Notes: a model not told the origin generated them from the sequence alone. A stretch of 64,000 nt of DNA from Eledone cirrhosa (GCA_964016885.1 OZ024740.1:338148001-338212000); one strand, 5' to 3'. Positions 37,346-54,753 are shown, numbered from the stretch's first letter. Numbers and translations: made by a program.

Positions 37346-37350
<5 letters not shown>
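35935..37350 (+). mobile_element. 5'-truncated RTE LINE with duplicated 3' UTR/tail
   Basis: ORF 35888-36673 (finger + C-terminus: WVHKRC, LHGSETW, RWYGHV). (GAT)n tails near 37040 and 37340. Confidence 0.9.
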
Positions 37351-37397
<47 letters not shown>

Positions 37398-37539
37398 AAG
37401 AGACACATACACTGATACATAGGTATGTGTGTCTGGTGCTAAATTGAGGGTCTCTTGATGGGACTTTGAAGAAAAAATAGGTATGCTTTTGTTTATTATT
37501 TCCTCACATTTATAATTTGATATATATATATATATATAT

Positions 37540-37649
37540 GAAAATGTATGACCCCGACGGCAGAGCTCAAGCCGTTTCGACGGGTATTTCTGAGTCCAGA
37601 AATAGCCGTCGAAACGGCTTGAGCTCTGCCGTTGGGGTCATACATTTTC
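37540..37649. repeat. Near-perfect 53 bp-arm GC-rich hairpin with a 4 nt loop
   Basis: GAAAATGTATGACCCCGACGGCAGAGCTCAAGCCGTTTCGACGG...AGTC...CCGTCGAAACGGCTTGAGCTCTGCCGTTGGGGTCATACATTTTC; two mismatches. Confidence 0.92.
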
Positions 37650-37886
37650 CTATTACCCACTCTACTACCCTAAGTATTGAGTACTCTGGTGCGTTATGGT
37701 CCATCTGGTCCCTTATCACAACTCTTTCATTATATATATATATATATACATATCATCATCATTGTTTAACATCCATTTTCCATGCTGGTATATATATATG
37801 AAAAGATTCAGGAACCACTCTACTACCCCAAGTATTAAGTACTCTGGGCGTTATGGTCAACCTGGTATCTTGCCACACCCTCTTTG

Positions 37887-37940
<54 letters not shown>

Positions 37941-38734
37941 ACACACGCTAGCTAGCAGGAAGAACAGATGTTAAATGGGGATGATGATAACATATATATA
38001 TTTGTATACATTTTGTTGTTGCTATTTTCTTATTTCTGGAAACTGGAGGTTTACCTGCACACTTACAGAATCATTAGACAAGAGTGTGCAGGTGAAAATC
38101 CAAAGACAGAGATACAATAAAATAACTTATGAAATAGCAGCCAATGGCAACTTTTTTTCCATGTTTGAAGGGTCTTTACCCTATTTTATAAGCTATTTTA
38201 TATTATCTCTGTACATAAGCACATCATCCTTTATATTAACTCTATATTCTCAGCACTGAAATGTTCAAGAGACAGGCTATTTATATTGTTTATATATGTA
38301 TTAGTTGTACATGTTGAGTAAATTATTTTATATAAGACCATGTATTGAAACAGAACTAGTTACATTGTAGAAAATTCATTTTAGCCATTTAATAACACAC
38401 ATGCTATATTATGTTACTTTTTCATTTATTTTTTAATGATACAGTCAATTATAAATTATCTAAAAGTTTCCTCTTAGTTTTGCTCATGTCATCAACTCCA
38501 CTGCATTTGTTGAAAATTAATCACTAGTTGAACCTTTGGCAGGTTTAGTCTAAAACAACAAACAAATGCAAAACAAAAAAAGTATCAAACACATAAAAGA
38601 ATTACTTTATATATATTAAATTGACATAATTTACATTGAAGAGATGATTAAGAAACAAAAAAGAAAAACAGGAGAGAACAGAAATGAAAGAAAATATTAT
38701 ATATACATATATATCATCATCATTATTTTACGGT

Positions 38735-39200
38735 GGATTGGCAGTATCGGAGGGGTAGTATCGGTAGAGGGTCGGACGCCATGCTTTCCAGCATAGTTAC
38801 GTCCCTTTACGATCTGAGTTCAAATCCCGCCGAGGTTGACTTTGCCTTTCATCCTTACGGGGTCGATAAAATAAAGTACCAGTAATGCACTGGGTGATTG
38901 CTCGCCTTGTGCCTAAAGTAGAAACAATTATTTTACGGTGGATTGGCAGTATCGGTAGACGGTCGGATGCCATGCTTTCCAGCAAAGAGTTACGGCCCTT
39001 TATGGTCTGAGTTCAAATCCCGCCGAGGTTAACTTTGCCTTTCATCCTTACGGGGTCGATAAAATAAAATACCAGTCACGCACTGGGGTCGATTTAATCG
39101 ACTGTTTGCTTCCGCCAAATTACTGTCCTTGTGCCTATACTAGAAATCATATAATGTACTGGGTAATTGCTGGCCTTGTGCCAAAAGTAGAAACAATTAT
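38735..39200 (+). mobile_element. Tandem SINE array (GCCTTTCATCC domain family)
   Basis: Two to three head-to-tail copies with GGATTGGCAGTATCGGTAGA head and GAGTTCAAATCCCGCCGAGGTT. Confidence 0.88.
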
Positions 39201-39204
39201 TTTA

Positions 39205-39730
39205 CGTCAGTTGTTCTAAGCTTGCATGGGTTGGATTTTGTTTTAAGATAGGATTTTATATTTCTGGTACATGAATATCCAAGTTTCACTGTGTTGGTTG
39301 AAGAACTGTCTCTATTTGTGGCCTTCAGGGGATTGTTTATTGATGAGGCATAGGAATTTTTCCCCTCATTGGTTTTCACATTGAGAGAGAGAGGGGGAGA
39401 GAGAGAGGGAGAGAGAGGGGGGAGAGAGAGGGGGAGAGAGAGGGGGAGAGAGGGAGAGAGAGAGAGATGAGTTGAGAAATATATAGATTTGTGGTTTTTT
39501 CTCTTCCTAGTTGTTGATCTGGAGAGTAAATTAATTTTTTAGAGAAACTGCTGTTGTTTAAGGCTGAGTTGTATTATGTTGCTGCTCTGACAAAGATATC
39601 TTTATTAGAGGAGAGGTTGGAGATACTTTACTAATGTTTTTTACAAAGTTCTTATAGATTTTGTTTTTTAACCATCTTCATTTTTACAATTGAAACAGAG
39701 GTATTAGCAGTGAAATGTACTGGGTAAAAA
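39205..39730 (-). pseudogene. Degenerate Naiad-type PLE fragment interrupted by (GA)n
   Basis: NVKTN.GK and NTVKLGYSCTRNIK resemble NTIKISYSTTP of the 25-27 kb element. Confidence 0.5.
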
Positions 39731-39851
39731 CATTACTTTGTTTTGTTTTATTTGTCATCCTTTGCCTCTTACATATATCTACTGAATAGTACCAGCTTTC
39801 TCAAACTTTTATTACATATCTCACAATGCTTCATATTATCTATACTACTTC

Positions 39852-39945
<94 letters not shown>

Positions 39946-40436
39946 ATATATATATATATACTCACACACACATACACACAAATATAGTTTTCCAGAATAT
40001 CAAAAAATTCTAGCATACACACAACCTTTACCATGCTATTATCCTATTTGTATAAAGGTTTGTTACAGCTCAGGATTCAAAAATAATTTTGACCACTACT
40101 GCTCTGTCTCACTTCTCTCTCCCACTCACATTTACCAACACTTTTCCAGTGTGATCAACATTTTATACAAAATATACAACAGCTTTAGTCTAATAAATGT
40201 TGATTGCTTCCAGCATTTGACACATCACACTCACAATAGTTATTTTCATATTTTTGCAGAAACATAAAATAAGCACAAATTTAAATCATATGACACAACT
40301 TGAGGGATTTGATAGATATTAGTACCATGCTATACATGTGATATATTTAATTCCAAGGAGTTTTAGGAAAATGCAGCCGTAGTGATAATACCAATATAAG
40401 ATTCGTAAACACACACAAATGTATATGCATATGTGC

Positions 40437-40479
<43 letters not shown>

Positions 40480-40506
40480 ATGCATATATGTATATATATG
40501 CATTAT

Positions 40507-40842
40507 GGAGGTACATGGCTTAGTGGTTAGAGCATTGGCCTTGCAATGGGAGTTCAATTCTCAGACCGGGTGATGTGTTGTTTCCTTGAGCAAGACACTT
40601 TATTTCCCATTGCTCCAGTTTACTCAGCTGTAGAAATGAGATGATAGGGACTGGGGTCCATATCATTCCACTGCAAAGTGGTCGTGGAGGTGCCATGGCA
40701 AAAAAGCACCCAGCACTCACTGTAAATGAGGTTGGTGTTAGGAAGGGCATCCAGCTGTAGAAATCAAGCCAGCATCAGTTTCTGTCCCACCCTTGCACGC
40801 AGGGAAAAAGCGGACGTAAAATGAAATGATGATGATGAAATG
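40507..40842 (+). mobile_element. CORE-like SINE with RTE-derived tail (third copy)
   Basis: Near identical to the reverse complement of 16376-16722. Confidence 0.88.
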
Positions 40843-41159
40843 ATATATACATGCACACACCCTCAAACACGTATACCAAAGTATTTAAAGCCATGCTTTC
40901 AAACAATTCGGGATATCACACGAAGGGTATGAAATGTTTAACATAATTTAATTTCCATTATATAATGACGATGATGATTATATATACAACCCCCATATAT
41001 ATATATATATATATATATAAGTAGAAGGGATATTTAATTTGTTGGAAAGCCAACAAATATAAATGTTTATAACTGATTCAGAGCACTCAACAAGATTCTG
41101 GAGTAAATAGTCAATGATGTTAAATAAATGGAAACCACACCCATAAAACCATATTTATT

Positions 41160-41215
41160 CTATCATATATATTTCAAGGGTACCAAAAACTTTGGTACGC
41201 TTTCATCAGATAAAA
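41160..41215 (-). ncRNA. Type I hammerhead motif (G at cleavage position)
   Basis: TTTTAT-CTGATGA-AAGcGTACCA..TGGTACcCTT-GAAA-T atat A-TG/ATAGAA, AATAAA. Confidence 0.7.
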
Positions 41216-41353
41216 TACAAAGAGTGTTTTATAAATGTTGACATAGCCAAGGAAAATCCTACCTTATCAATTGAATATTCCCTGGGTAGACTACCCAGGG
41301 AATATTCAACTGATAAGGTATGATTTGTCAAAATTTATAAAACACTCTTTGTA

Positions 41354-41412
41354 TTTTATCTGATGAAAGCGTACCAAACTTTTTTGGTACCCTTGAAATA
41401 TATATGATAGAA
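41354..41412 (+). ncRNA. Type I hammerhead motif (G at cleavage position)
   Basis: CTGATGA 41360-41366, GAAA 41395-41398, stem I TTTTAT/ATAGAA, AATAAA 41411-41416. Confidence 0.7.
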
Positions 41413-41617
41413 TAAATATGGTTTTATGGGTGTGGTTTCCATTTATTTAATATCATTGAATTATATATATAAACAATGATTTATATGCTTTGTTGATAAA
41501 TATTCAACAGAATTATATTCATAACAGATATGAAGCACTCTATAGAAAATTTTATCTGGAGTATTATAATATTAACAATAATAATAAATGGAAAATATCA
41601 CTATAGCATCATATTTA

Positions 41618-41673
41618 TTTTATTATACATATTTCAAGAATACTAAATTATAGTATGCTTTCATCAGATAAAA
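41618..41673 (-). ncRNA. Type I hammerhead ribozyme, intact AUA cleavage site
   Basis: TTTTAT-CTGATGA-AAGcATACTA taatt TAGTATtCTT-GAAA-T atgt A-TA/ATAAAA. Stem II covaries with the 41.2/41.4 kb copies. Confidence 0.82.
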
Positions 41674-41981
41674 TACAATATTCGATGTATAAGATAGTGA
41701 CATATCCAAAATATAGACCCTATGGTCAGCTTACAATGGATATCGTTTTTTGATGTACTCTGTTTGGGATATGTATGCACTTACAACTGTGGATGCATGC
41801 GCATATATATATATAACAACATGGGATAGATAGTTTTTGTCCTGTCAAGAGTACGAACACCATTTGTCAATCTGTTGACCACTGGCTGCTGGTCTCCCTT
41901 CTCCAAGGCATTTTTTCCCATCGCTGTCTTTGGCGGCATTAGCTGTTTTAACAACTGTTCTAGCAATGAGTTGTTTCATTT

Positions 41982-42016
<35 letters not shown>

Positions 42017-42416
42017 AAGAAACTCATGCCTAGCAGGTTGAGTTATCATGTAAATAGCAGTTCGTCTGCATAACTATTATATATCAAAGTTCAAATACAA
42101 ACATATAATGGCTCAAATGTTACATTCTGTTCATTGTCACTTTGTTCAAGACATAATTTTATATTTAAAAAATAAGGAAATGTATTCTCCCAATCTTCTT
42201 TCGGTACATGTCTAATTTTATGGACGTTTTTTTATTATTACTGATTTTTTCTGCTTTTCTGTCTGAAGTTTTCATTGTAACATTTTGTAAAAAAAAAGAA
42301 ACTGTACAGCTTAGTGCAAAATAAATATAAATCAATAAGTGCCACAAGCTTCATAAAATATATCTTCCTCTCAATCTATTCACACACACACAAACATTAC
42401 ATATGTATTATATATA

Positions 42417-42602
42417 ATTGTCTCTACTTTAGGCACAAGGCCAGCAATTACCCAGTACATTACTGGTACTTTATTTTATCGACCCCGTAAGGATGAAAGG
42501 CAAAGTCAACCTCGGCAGGATTTGAACTCAGATCGTAAAGGGACGTAACTATGCTGGAAAGCATGGCGTCCGACCCTCTACTGATACTGCCAATCCACCG
42601 CC
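42417..42602 (-). mobile_element. SINE (GCCTTTCATCC domain family)
   Basis: Complete reverse-complement copy of the 38.8 kb unit. Confidence 0.88.
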
Positions 42603-43093
42603 CTTATGTATTATATATAATGAGTGTGTCTATATGTGAACAGAGACAGAGGAAGATACATTTTATGTCGTTGAAAAAACACTAGCAGATATATGGTCTC
42701 TGAGACCTATATTAGAATAGGCTTTGAAACCTTAGGTAGCATGCACGTGTGTTGAGAATTTATTTATAATATTGATATTTATATACATGGTGGCTGCCAA
42801 CTCGTTTTCGAGTACGGCCACTACTTTATATCCATGTAGGAGAACTCCTAACGATGTGCTGAACGAGTGTGACTTTTTAGTCCAGCCAGCGACTTGAAAA
42901 CTCTGGTACAAACACTACACTTGTGACATTTACTGACACATAGTGCTGGGCCCATTTATATACATACATATATATATATACATATATATACACACACACG
43001 CACACACGCATATGTATATACACACACATGTATATATATATATATATACACATACACACGCACACATATATATATATTTGTATACACACACAG

Positions 43094-43138
<45 letters not shown>

Positions 43139-43158
43139 GATAGATAGATAGATAGACG

Positions 43159-43393
43159 TGGAGGTACGTGGCCTAATGGTAAGGGTGTTGGACTTACGAT
43201 TATAATGTGGTGAGTTCAATTCCTGAGCTGGATTAGGTGTTGTGTTCTTGAGCAAAACACTTCATTTCACGTTGCTCCAGTCATAGGTGGGTGTTTAACC
43301 CTGCCATGGAAGTCTTGTACTCTCAGTCGCTTCACGCCATGGAACCGGGATAAGCACCGGGCCAATGAGCCTTCTGGCTTAAAACAGACTTTA
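43159..43393 (+). mobile_element. CORE-like SINE with a third tail type
   Basis: GTGGCCTAATGGTAAGG A box, GAGTTCAATTCC B box, TTGAGCAAAACACTT core, tail GTCGCTTCACGCCATGGAACCGGATAAGC...CAGACTTTA. Confidence 0.75.
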
Positions 43394-43401
43394 GATATGT
43401 G

Positions 43402-46679
<3,278 letters not shown>

Positions 46680-46695
46680 ATACGTATCTAAAGTC

Positions 46696-46763
<68 letters not shown>

Positions 46764-46808
46764 GTATCTATATATAAAACTTTTTGGAAGAAACAGGGAG
46801 CTGTGTGG

Positions 46809-46863
<55 letters not shown>

Positions 46864-47256
46864 GCAATGTATGTATTATGTGCATGCGTTCGTGCGTGTT
46901 GGTAAGAGTTGATCATTGATGCACGACCTACTCTTGCAGAAAATCCAGTAACCATCGTGATATACAGACCATATCTCGACAAGTGCGTAAATGATGAATG
47001 TCTACCAGTTATTTAGTGATGCAACTAAAAACTTTGTGGAAACACACCAAATCATAACCAAATTCTTCATGTATACAATATTGTATGCTGTCTGACATTT
47101 TTTATACATACTCATCCACACACACACACAGGTGAATTTAAGTGTCTCCCATTTCTCCTTATGTGCACACGTACACACACAAACACACACACATTCTAAT
47201 TTTATTAACAGTGACTTCGTAGTAGGATTTAAAATATGTTTTAAAATAACTAATAA

Positions 47257-47432
47257 CTGTTTCTACTTTAGGCACAAGGCCAGCAATTACCGAGTGCATT
47301 ACTGGTACTTTATTTTATCGACCCTGTAAGGATGAAAGGCAACGTTAACCTCGGCGGGATTTGAACTCAGATCAAAAGGGACGTAACTCTATGCTTCAAA
47401 GCATGGTGTCCGACTCTCTACCGATACTGCCA
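47257..47432 (-). mobile_element. SINE (GCCTTTCATCC domain family)
   Basis: Same consensus as 42417-42602. Confidence 0.85.
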
Positions 47433-47986
47433 AATAACATTGAGTGAACAGACATCTTCGTACATGTGTAAAGTCAATTATTTATTAGCAATTCATTTTA
47501 GTGAATTTTGTGTTTCGTCAGTCATACCTTCTTTGAATTATGAGCTGAAGAAAACAAGCAATATGACTAAGAATCTATATATTACATGGAGGTGGGGCTG
47601 GTACCTGAATATTTAGTACTGTAGTCAAGCCCTATAATGTGTGCCTGTCTCACGAATAAAATAATTTCAACATGCAGTTTTGCAAGCTGAGCAATCTAGT
47701 TTTTAAAACATACCATACTAAGAAAATTAGTAAGCCTAAATTTTTAATTACACAGTCAAGATCCATCTGCGCCTAATCATATGATAGGTCATATAAATAT
47801 ATGAGCTGTTTCAAGGCTTTGGATATTTACACAATGTTGCCGTGCAACAAAGCTATTTACCAATTTATTTATTGACCACAGGAAATGATTAAATTTTTAA
47901 TTTGATAATACAAATTTGTATAAAACTGTGATATGTAAGATTCAGTAATGTGCTCTAGGTGATTATAAAATTGGCCTATTGGTAAT

Positions 47987-48163
47987 AATTGTTTCTACTT
48001 TAGGCACAAGGCCAGCAATTACCCAGTACATTACTGGTACTTTATTTTATCGACCCCGTAAGGATGAAAGGCAAAATCAACGTCGGTGGGATTGGAACTC
48101 AGATCGTAAAGGGACATAACTATGCTGGAAAGCATGGCGTCCGACCCTCTACCGATACTGCCA
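47987..48163 (-). mobile_element. SINE (GCCTTTCATCC domain family)
   Basis: Same consensus as 42417-42602. Confidence 0.85.
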
Positions 48164-48282
48164 ATAATAATGTTCAGGAATATACGATAGTTATATGAGT
48201 GGTGGGTTTAGAAGTTGAAGAGAGGTAACTAAAATATACAGAAAGATATACACACATTTACACACAAATACACCCCCCACAT

Positions 48283-48322
<40 letters not shown>

Positions 48323-48717
48323 CATAAATATATATATACATTCATATCTATACACACACATATATATATAATGTGTGTCTGTGTGTATATATATATATAT
48401 ATATAAACTAATTCTTTAGGCATTGGACTCAGGCCACGTTGGGCGCAGCCTTCAAGGGTATTTTATTGATCATATCGATCCCAATACTTATTTCGGTCTG
48501 GTACATCTTTTATCTATTATCTATCATCTATTATCTATTTGTAGAGTTGCCAAATTACTTTTTTGACATTCCATAATGTATATATTTTTTGACCCGACGG
48601 TGTTGTGTCAATCACATAATCACAGACGCGGACACACAAACCCTCACTCCCACGCACACACACAAATAATATGAGGAAACTGGTGGGGTTATATAAAAGT
48701 TTACGGGCTTGTATAAG

Positions 48718-49224
<507 letters not shown>

Positions 49225-49341
49225 AGATGAATAGGAATTTGCCATTTTGTGACAGACTATTCATTTGAGAGGAAATAATTATTTCAAATGAACTTTGTAA
49301 CAATTCTCTTTACACACACACACACACCCACACACACACAC

Positions 49342-49372
<31 letters not shown>

Positions 49373-49379
49373 AGAAAAT

Positions 49380-51681
49380 GAGTTGTTTTTTTAAATGAAA
49401 AAAAAACGAGAAGTCCTACATGAGTGAATGTATCAAAAAAAGAAATCGAAAAATGCAACTAGAGCCTTTTTAAGAACATTTATTTGGTTCCTTTACCGGT
49501 TCCACAGTTCTTATGCTTTTCAAAAGTAGAATTGAGATGGAGGTTTTGTGGTTTTTCTCGCATCTGGTTGGTGTTCGAATGTTACTTCTGTATTATCTGA
49601 AAAAAATGTGGCTCAAATTGGTAGGTTTAAAAAAAAATAATTTGGTTGGTTGATGACTGTCACGTGAATAAGTCCATCAACTTTCGCGCCAGTTCGCGTT
49701 TGGGGGTTCTTTATTGTCATTTTCACTTAAAAAAGTGGCTCAAATTATTATTTTTTTTATAAATGTAATTTGGTTATGATTGTCACGTGAATAAGTACAT
49801 TAAATTTCGCACCAGTTCGTATTTGGGGGTTCTTTATAGCCGTTTTTACAGTCCCATGATTTGTCATAGAGAGTTTTGTGCCCAAAAAGGATGGGGAGAA
49901 ATCATTCTGATTCAGTGAGTATTGCTGATGTGCTGAGGTGTCAACATTCAGACTTTCTATTGAAATAAATTGAATGTTTGTATCGATAGTGATGGTGGTG
50001 GTCACATGGTAGAAAATAGAGATATATATTTTTATTTGTGTGTGTGTAGGAAAATGATTCCATTAATAGAAATGGAGAAGGGTGTTGTGTGTATGTGTGT
50101 GTGTGGGGGGGGGTATGGTTAGCATGTTAAGGTGTTAACATATTAACATATGTTGAAGTATATTTAGCTCTGGTCTTTTATTTTCAAATATAGAAGAGGG
50201 TGTTATGTGTGTGTGTGTGTGTATGTATGAGTCTGTGTGGATGGTTAGCATGTTATGGTGTTAACATATTAATGTATATTAAACTATATTTAATGCTGGT
50301 CTATATTTTTGAATAAACATATTTTCCTTGTTTATTCGTATTTGGTCTGTTGTATGGTCAGTGCAAAGATAAAGTGGGAAGACTTGGAATTTGGGTTTTT
50401 TATTGTTTGCACATATATCTAGATGTCCACTGAGAGGTATCTGTCTTGTGGTAGGGTCTCGTAATTGTTGACGATGAATTGTCATCCTGTATCTGAGTGT
50501 GGGTTTAGTTTGCCCTATATAATCTTCATTGCATCCTTTACATTTAATGGCATAAAGTAAATTTTTTGATGAGCAAGTGAAGTGATTTTTTACAACATTT
50601 TGTCCTGATTGAAATATATACACGATGCCTTCAATGAGGTGAGTGCAAGTTCTGTAATTAGAGTGACCACATTTTTTTACAGTTGTTTGTGGGTTTGTGA
50701 TGGGTAATTTGGCATTGGTGAGTAATGTTTTTAGGGATTTAGCTTGTCTTTTTCCTTTGATTATTTTGTGTGTTTCAAGTGCTTTTTTTCATTCTTGGGT
50801 CTTGTTTCAAAAGTGGATGTTCTTGTGAATAATATTGTATGCTTCTGTATTTCTTGGGTTGTATGTTGAGATATATGATAGAATATTGGGCATACCTTGA
50901 ATTTGGTTCTGTTTTCGTAATTCATCAATGCCTATTGCTTTAGCCCTTTCTATTCCATTATTTATTTGTAATGGTGGGTACTGTCTTTCGAGTAGAATTT
51001 CCTTTAATTCTTGAAGTCTTTTATTTCGCGTTTTATAATTAGAGACAATTGTACAAATTCTTCTTGCTAGATTAAAAAGGATGTTCGTTTTCGTGTTCTT
51101 TGGATGGTTGGAGGTGAATAGCAGGTATTGTTTGGAATCTGTTGGTTTGTAGTGGATGTCAGTTTCAATATTTGTGTCTTTTTTATGATTAAGACGTCCA
51201 GAAATGGGAGTTGGTCTTGACTGTATTCCATTGTGAATTGGACATGGTCATCGATGCTGTTAATTAAATTTTTGAAATCATTTAGTTGATCGAGTGTGTG
51301 AGACCATACAATAAGGCAGTCATCCAAGTAGCGTTTCCAATTCTCTAATAAATATTTGTGGAAGTTCAAGCCGTATTTTGATTCGGAATGCTCATATATC
51401 TGGACTTCCAAGTATGCCATGACTAAGTTAGCGTAAATTGGGGCGACTTTTGGACCCATTGCAGTCGACGATATTTGTTGGTAAGTGCTGCCATCGAAAT
51501 CAAAAAAGTTGTTCTGTAAAATAAATTTTAATCAGTCGGCGATGAAGCTTTTTTCTATTCTGTTAGGTATCTCATTGGGGTATTTTTCTAGCCAGAATCC
51601 TATTGCTTCTAGTCCGTATTGGTGTGGGATCGTCGTGTAGAGATTCACTACATCGAAAGACACAATAATAGTGTCATTGTT

Positions 51682-51683
<2 letters not shown>
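49380..51683 (-). mobile_element. 5'-truncated Penelope-like element (Neptune-type) with 3' pseudo-LTR region
   Basis: VSFDVVNLYTTIP, AMGPKVAPIYANL, WKRYLDD, LPFLDV, NLLYAIKCKGCNEDYIGQT, RPALN (50279-51683). About 130 bp tandem duplication at 49604-49850. Confidence 0.88.
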
Positions 51684-51764
<81 letters not shown>

Positions 51765-52077
51765 TGTATATACACATAGATATTTCATAAAATATCTATA
51801 GCCACTGAATGTTATATTTTACTTTTTATTACTAATATATTTTAATTACGTCTTTAGGCTTCCTTAAATTTTAACATTTTCCCAACAATATTTGAATCCT
51901 ATTGTTTATATCTTTCACTCTTCCATTGGAATTCAAGGGGCATGTAAAGTATATGTTATTTGTATTTAATCGATCCTAATTATCTTTTTGTAATAGGAAT
52001 GAAATTTTCTTGCTAGTCAAATGAAACGGTAATAAATCAATTAAATGATCGAATTTGAATTCTTGTTAAACTTTATT

Positions 52078-52131
<54 letters not shown>

Positions 52132-54753
52132 TACGAAAACATGTCTAAATACGAGGGCTGATGTTTTCAACTGTTGCCCCCAAATGTTAAAATTCCTCCT
52201 ACAATCTACAACCGAGCTTATCCTTACACCTCACTATAAAACCATCCCTTCGATAATATCTCTCTAATATACAAAACAAAAAGTAAAATAGCATCCTTCT
52301 ATGAAGTTCTAACTGTTATAATATCTATTTAGCACCCAAGAAACCTTTTAGGTAAATGCCCTGTTATATTTTTCCAGCCCACATAATAGATTCTTCAACG
52401 CTAAGTATGAACAAGTTCCATCTATTTTGCATAAATTGAAGAAGAGTTATCTCCCCTTATCTAAATGATACTTGAATCCAATCTCTCTCCACTTCCATAG
52501 AACTTTAATCAAAACATCAATAACAGGGATATCAGACTGACGAACTGCAGAAATAACAATTCCCAATGAAACATATATATTCGATAGATGAAAATTTGAA
52601 TTTTATCCAAATTTTGTATATCACAAGTGTTGGAATATATATATATATATATATTCCTACACTTTGCTCACACATATTGAGTGCTCATTCAATTAATGCT
52701 TGCATGTTTTAAGTATAATGATATTAAAACATCCACTTCAGTATAAATATACATATATTCTTTTAGTGGTTTCAGTCGTTGAAGTGCAGCAGTATTGAAA
52801 TTGCAAGGATAATCTCAGTTGATTGAATGTTTCCAATTCAACATATTTTGTGTGTAAAACTCTACTGTGCATACATGAATGTGTGTTGGTATATTACGTG
52901 TATGTCTGTGTTGGTATATTACATTTATATCTGTGGTTTGTGAATTAGCAGAATTATTAAAGTATTAGACAAATTACTTTGTTATATTTATTCTGGATTT
53001 TTACATTCTTAGTTTAAATCCTGCAAAGTTTAATTTTGCCTTTTCACTTTCTAAACTGAATAAAATAAAATACCAGTAAAGCATTGGGTTGATTCTATCG
53101 ACTTTCCCCTCCTGGCCTTGTGCTAAAATTTTAAACCACTATATTACATATATATCTATAATAACCTATCTATCAGAATGATAACATTATGACTTCAGTT
53201 TTTTTCCCTAAGAACCTACCAGATAACATTGTATTTGAAACAACAATCAGAATTTTACTGACATATTTTAGTATTTAATGAAATATATACTGACATATTT
53301 TAGTATTTAATGAAACTCACTATTTTCTCTTAGTACAAGAACATTGAGAAACAAATTCAATAAAGATTTACAATTTTTCCATAACTAAATTACACAAAAG
53401 TAAATTTAATTTTCCTTCGTCCATTTATATATCAATGCTTACTACAATTTTTCAATTCCCACCTCCTATTTATTTGTACAACATGTTTTTCTACATATGT
53501 TTTCACCACATATTTCCCTACCAACTACTAACACCTTTCTTTAAAAAAAAAAATAATTAAAAAAAAAAAATAAAGATAAAGAACAGAAACTTGTTACATA
53601 CAATCTAACAGATCTCTGTCATTTAGAATATAGGCGAAACTATTGCTTCATATTTTCTTCAAATGAAGACGTTTTGCGAATTTTTTTTTCTCTTTGTATT
53701 CTTATGATTGTTTCGAGAACATTTCTGTATGATTTCTATAAAGGAATGTTGAAAACAAGAGGGTGAGATCATTAGAAAAGTTTCTCCCCACTCATCCCTT
53801 CAACATGGCATGTCTATTAATTAACTAAACAGTATGAACGTTCATTTAAATAAGAATGTAATTTTCTACAGACGATAACTAAGTGGCATTGCTTGTCTAT
53901 GAAATAAACAATAGCTGTAAGACAGTATCAGTTTCTAGTGGAAAAGGCCTTAATCAGAAATTGGTGTCACTTATTTAAAAAAAGGGTCAAAAATATTTCA
54001 GAAAATATGTGTTTAAAATGTGGTTGCTATAATTTTCAAGTAGAATGGAGAAAGTAGTGTGTAGAAAAATCCCTGCAAAATTCCATATATATATACATAG
54101 GTGTATTTAGAGAAATATAAGAATTTTCTGAATATAAGTATATAGAAAGTATTGTTAATATTCCTGTTGATAATAACAGAATATGAAATATAGATATGTG
54201 AAACTGGGAAAAAATAAAATGCTTAAGAAGATAAGATTAACAGAAAAATAATATCAAACAGAAAAAGGAAAATGGTCTAGAAGCTATAAGAATGAGAGTA
54301 TTACTTGTTATTAAGTCTTTGGAATGTAATTTCTTGTTCATTCTTAACAAAATAGCTGATTAAAGAGAGAAAAGTCGGAATAATTGTTGTGAGGAAAAAA
54401 ATTGCACATCGAGAAAGCTGTAAATGTGTAAATGTATTGTAAATAAGATTAAGCATGATTATAGAAGCAATGTATGTGTGTGTATATATATATACATATA
54501 GATATATATATTGGTATGGTTGGTGACATATATATGTGTGTGTTTGTGTAGGAGGGATGTATTTTATACACAGTCTTCCAAACACAATAGCAGCAATATG
54601 TATGCTACACATTATGTATAGACTGCAGGCTTATATGACACCAATATATAGACATATTACACATGAGGAAATTGTATAGGATATATAGATAGCTAAATGG
54701 ACTACAACATCAGAGACTATCAGAAGAGTAGCAGATGGTACTATCATACACAA

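Larger units (their letters stand above)
41111..41459. repeat. Palindrome (about 170-180 bp arms, 1 nt loop at 41290) with outward-facing hammerheads
   Basis: Centre TATTCCCTGGGTAG-A-CTACCCAGGGAATA; outer ends TCAATGAT.TTAAATAAATGG / CCATTTATTTAA.ATCATTGA. Confidence 0.92.

Noticed and set aside
42690-42745. Hammerhead-like CCTAT/ATAGG stem followed by GAAACCTTAGGTA
   Set aside because: CUGANGA core not intact and stem I weak; at best a fossil.
46991-47096. C/D snoRNA-like ATGATGA...CTGA and a possible short plus-strand exon at about 46940-46987
   Set aside because: No terminal stem or recognisable guide; the exon has no supportable partner exons.
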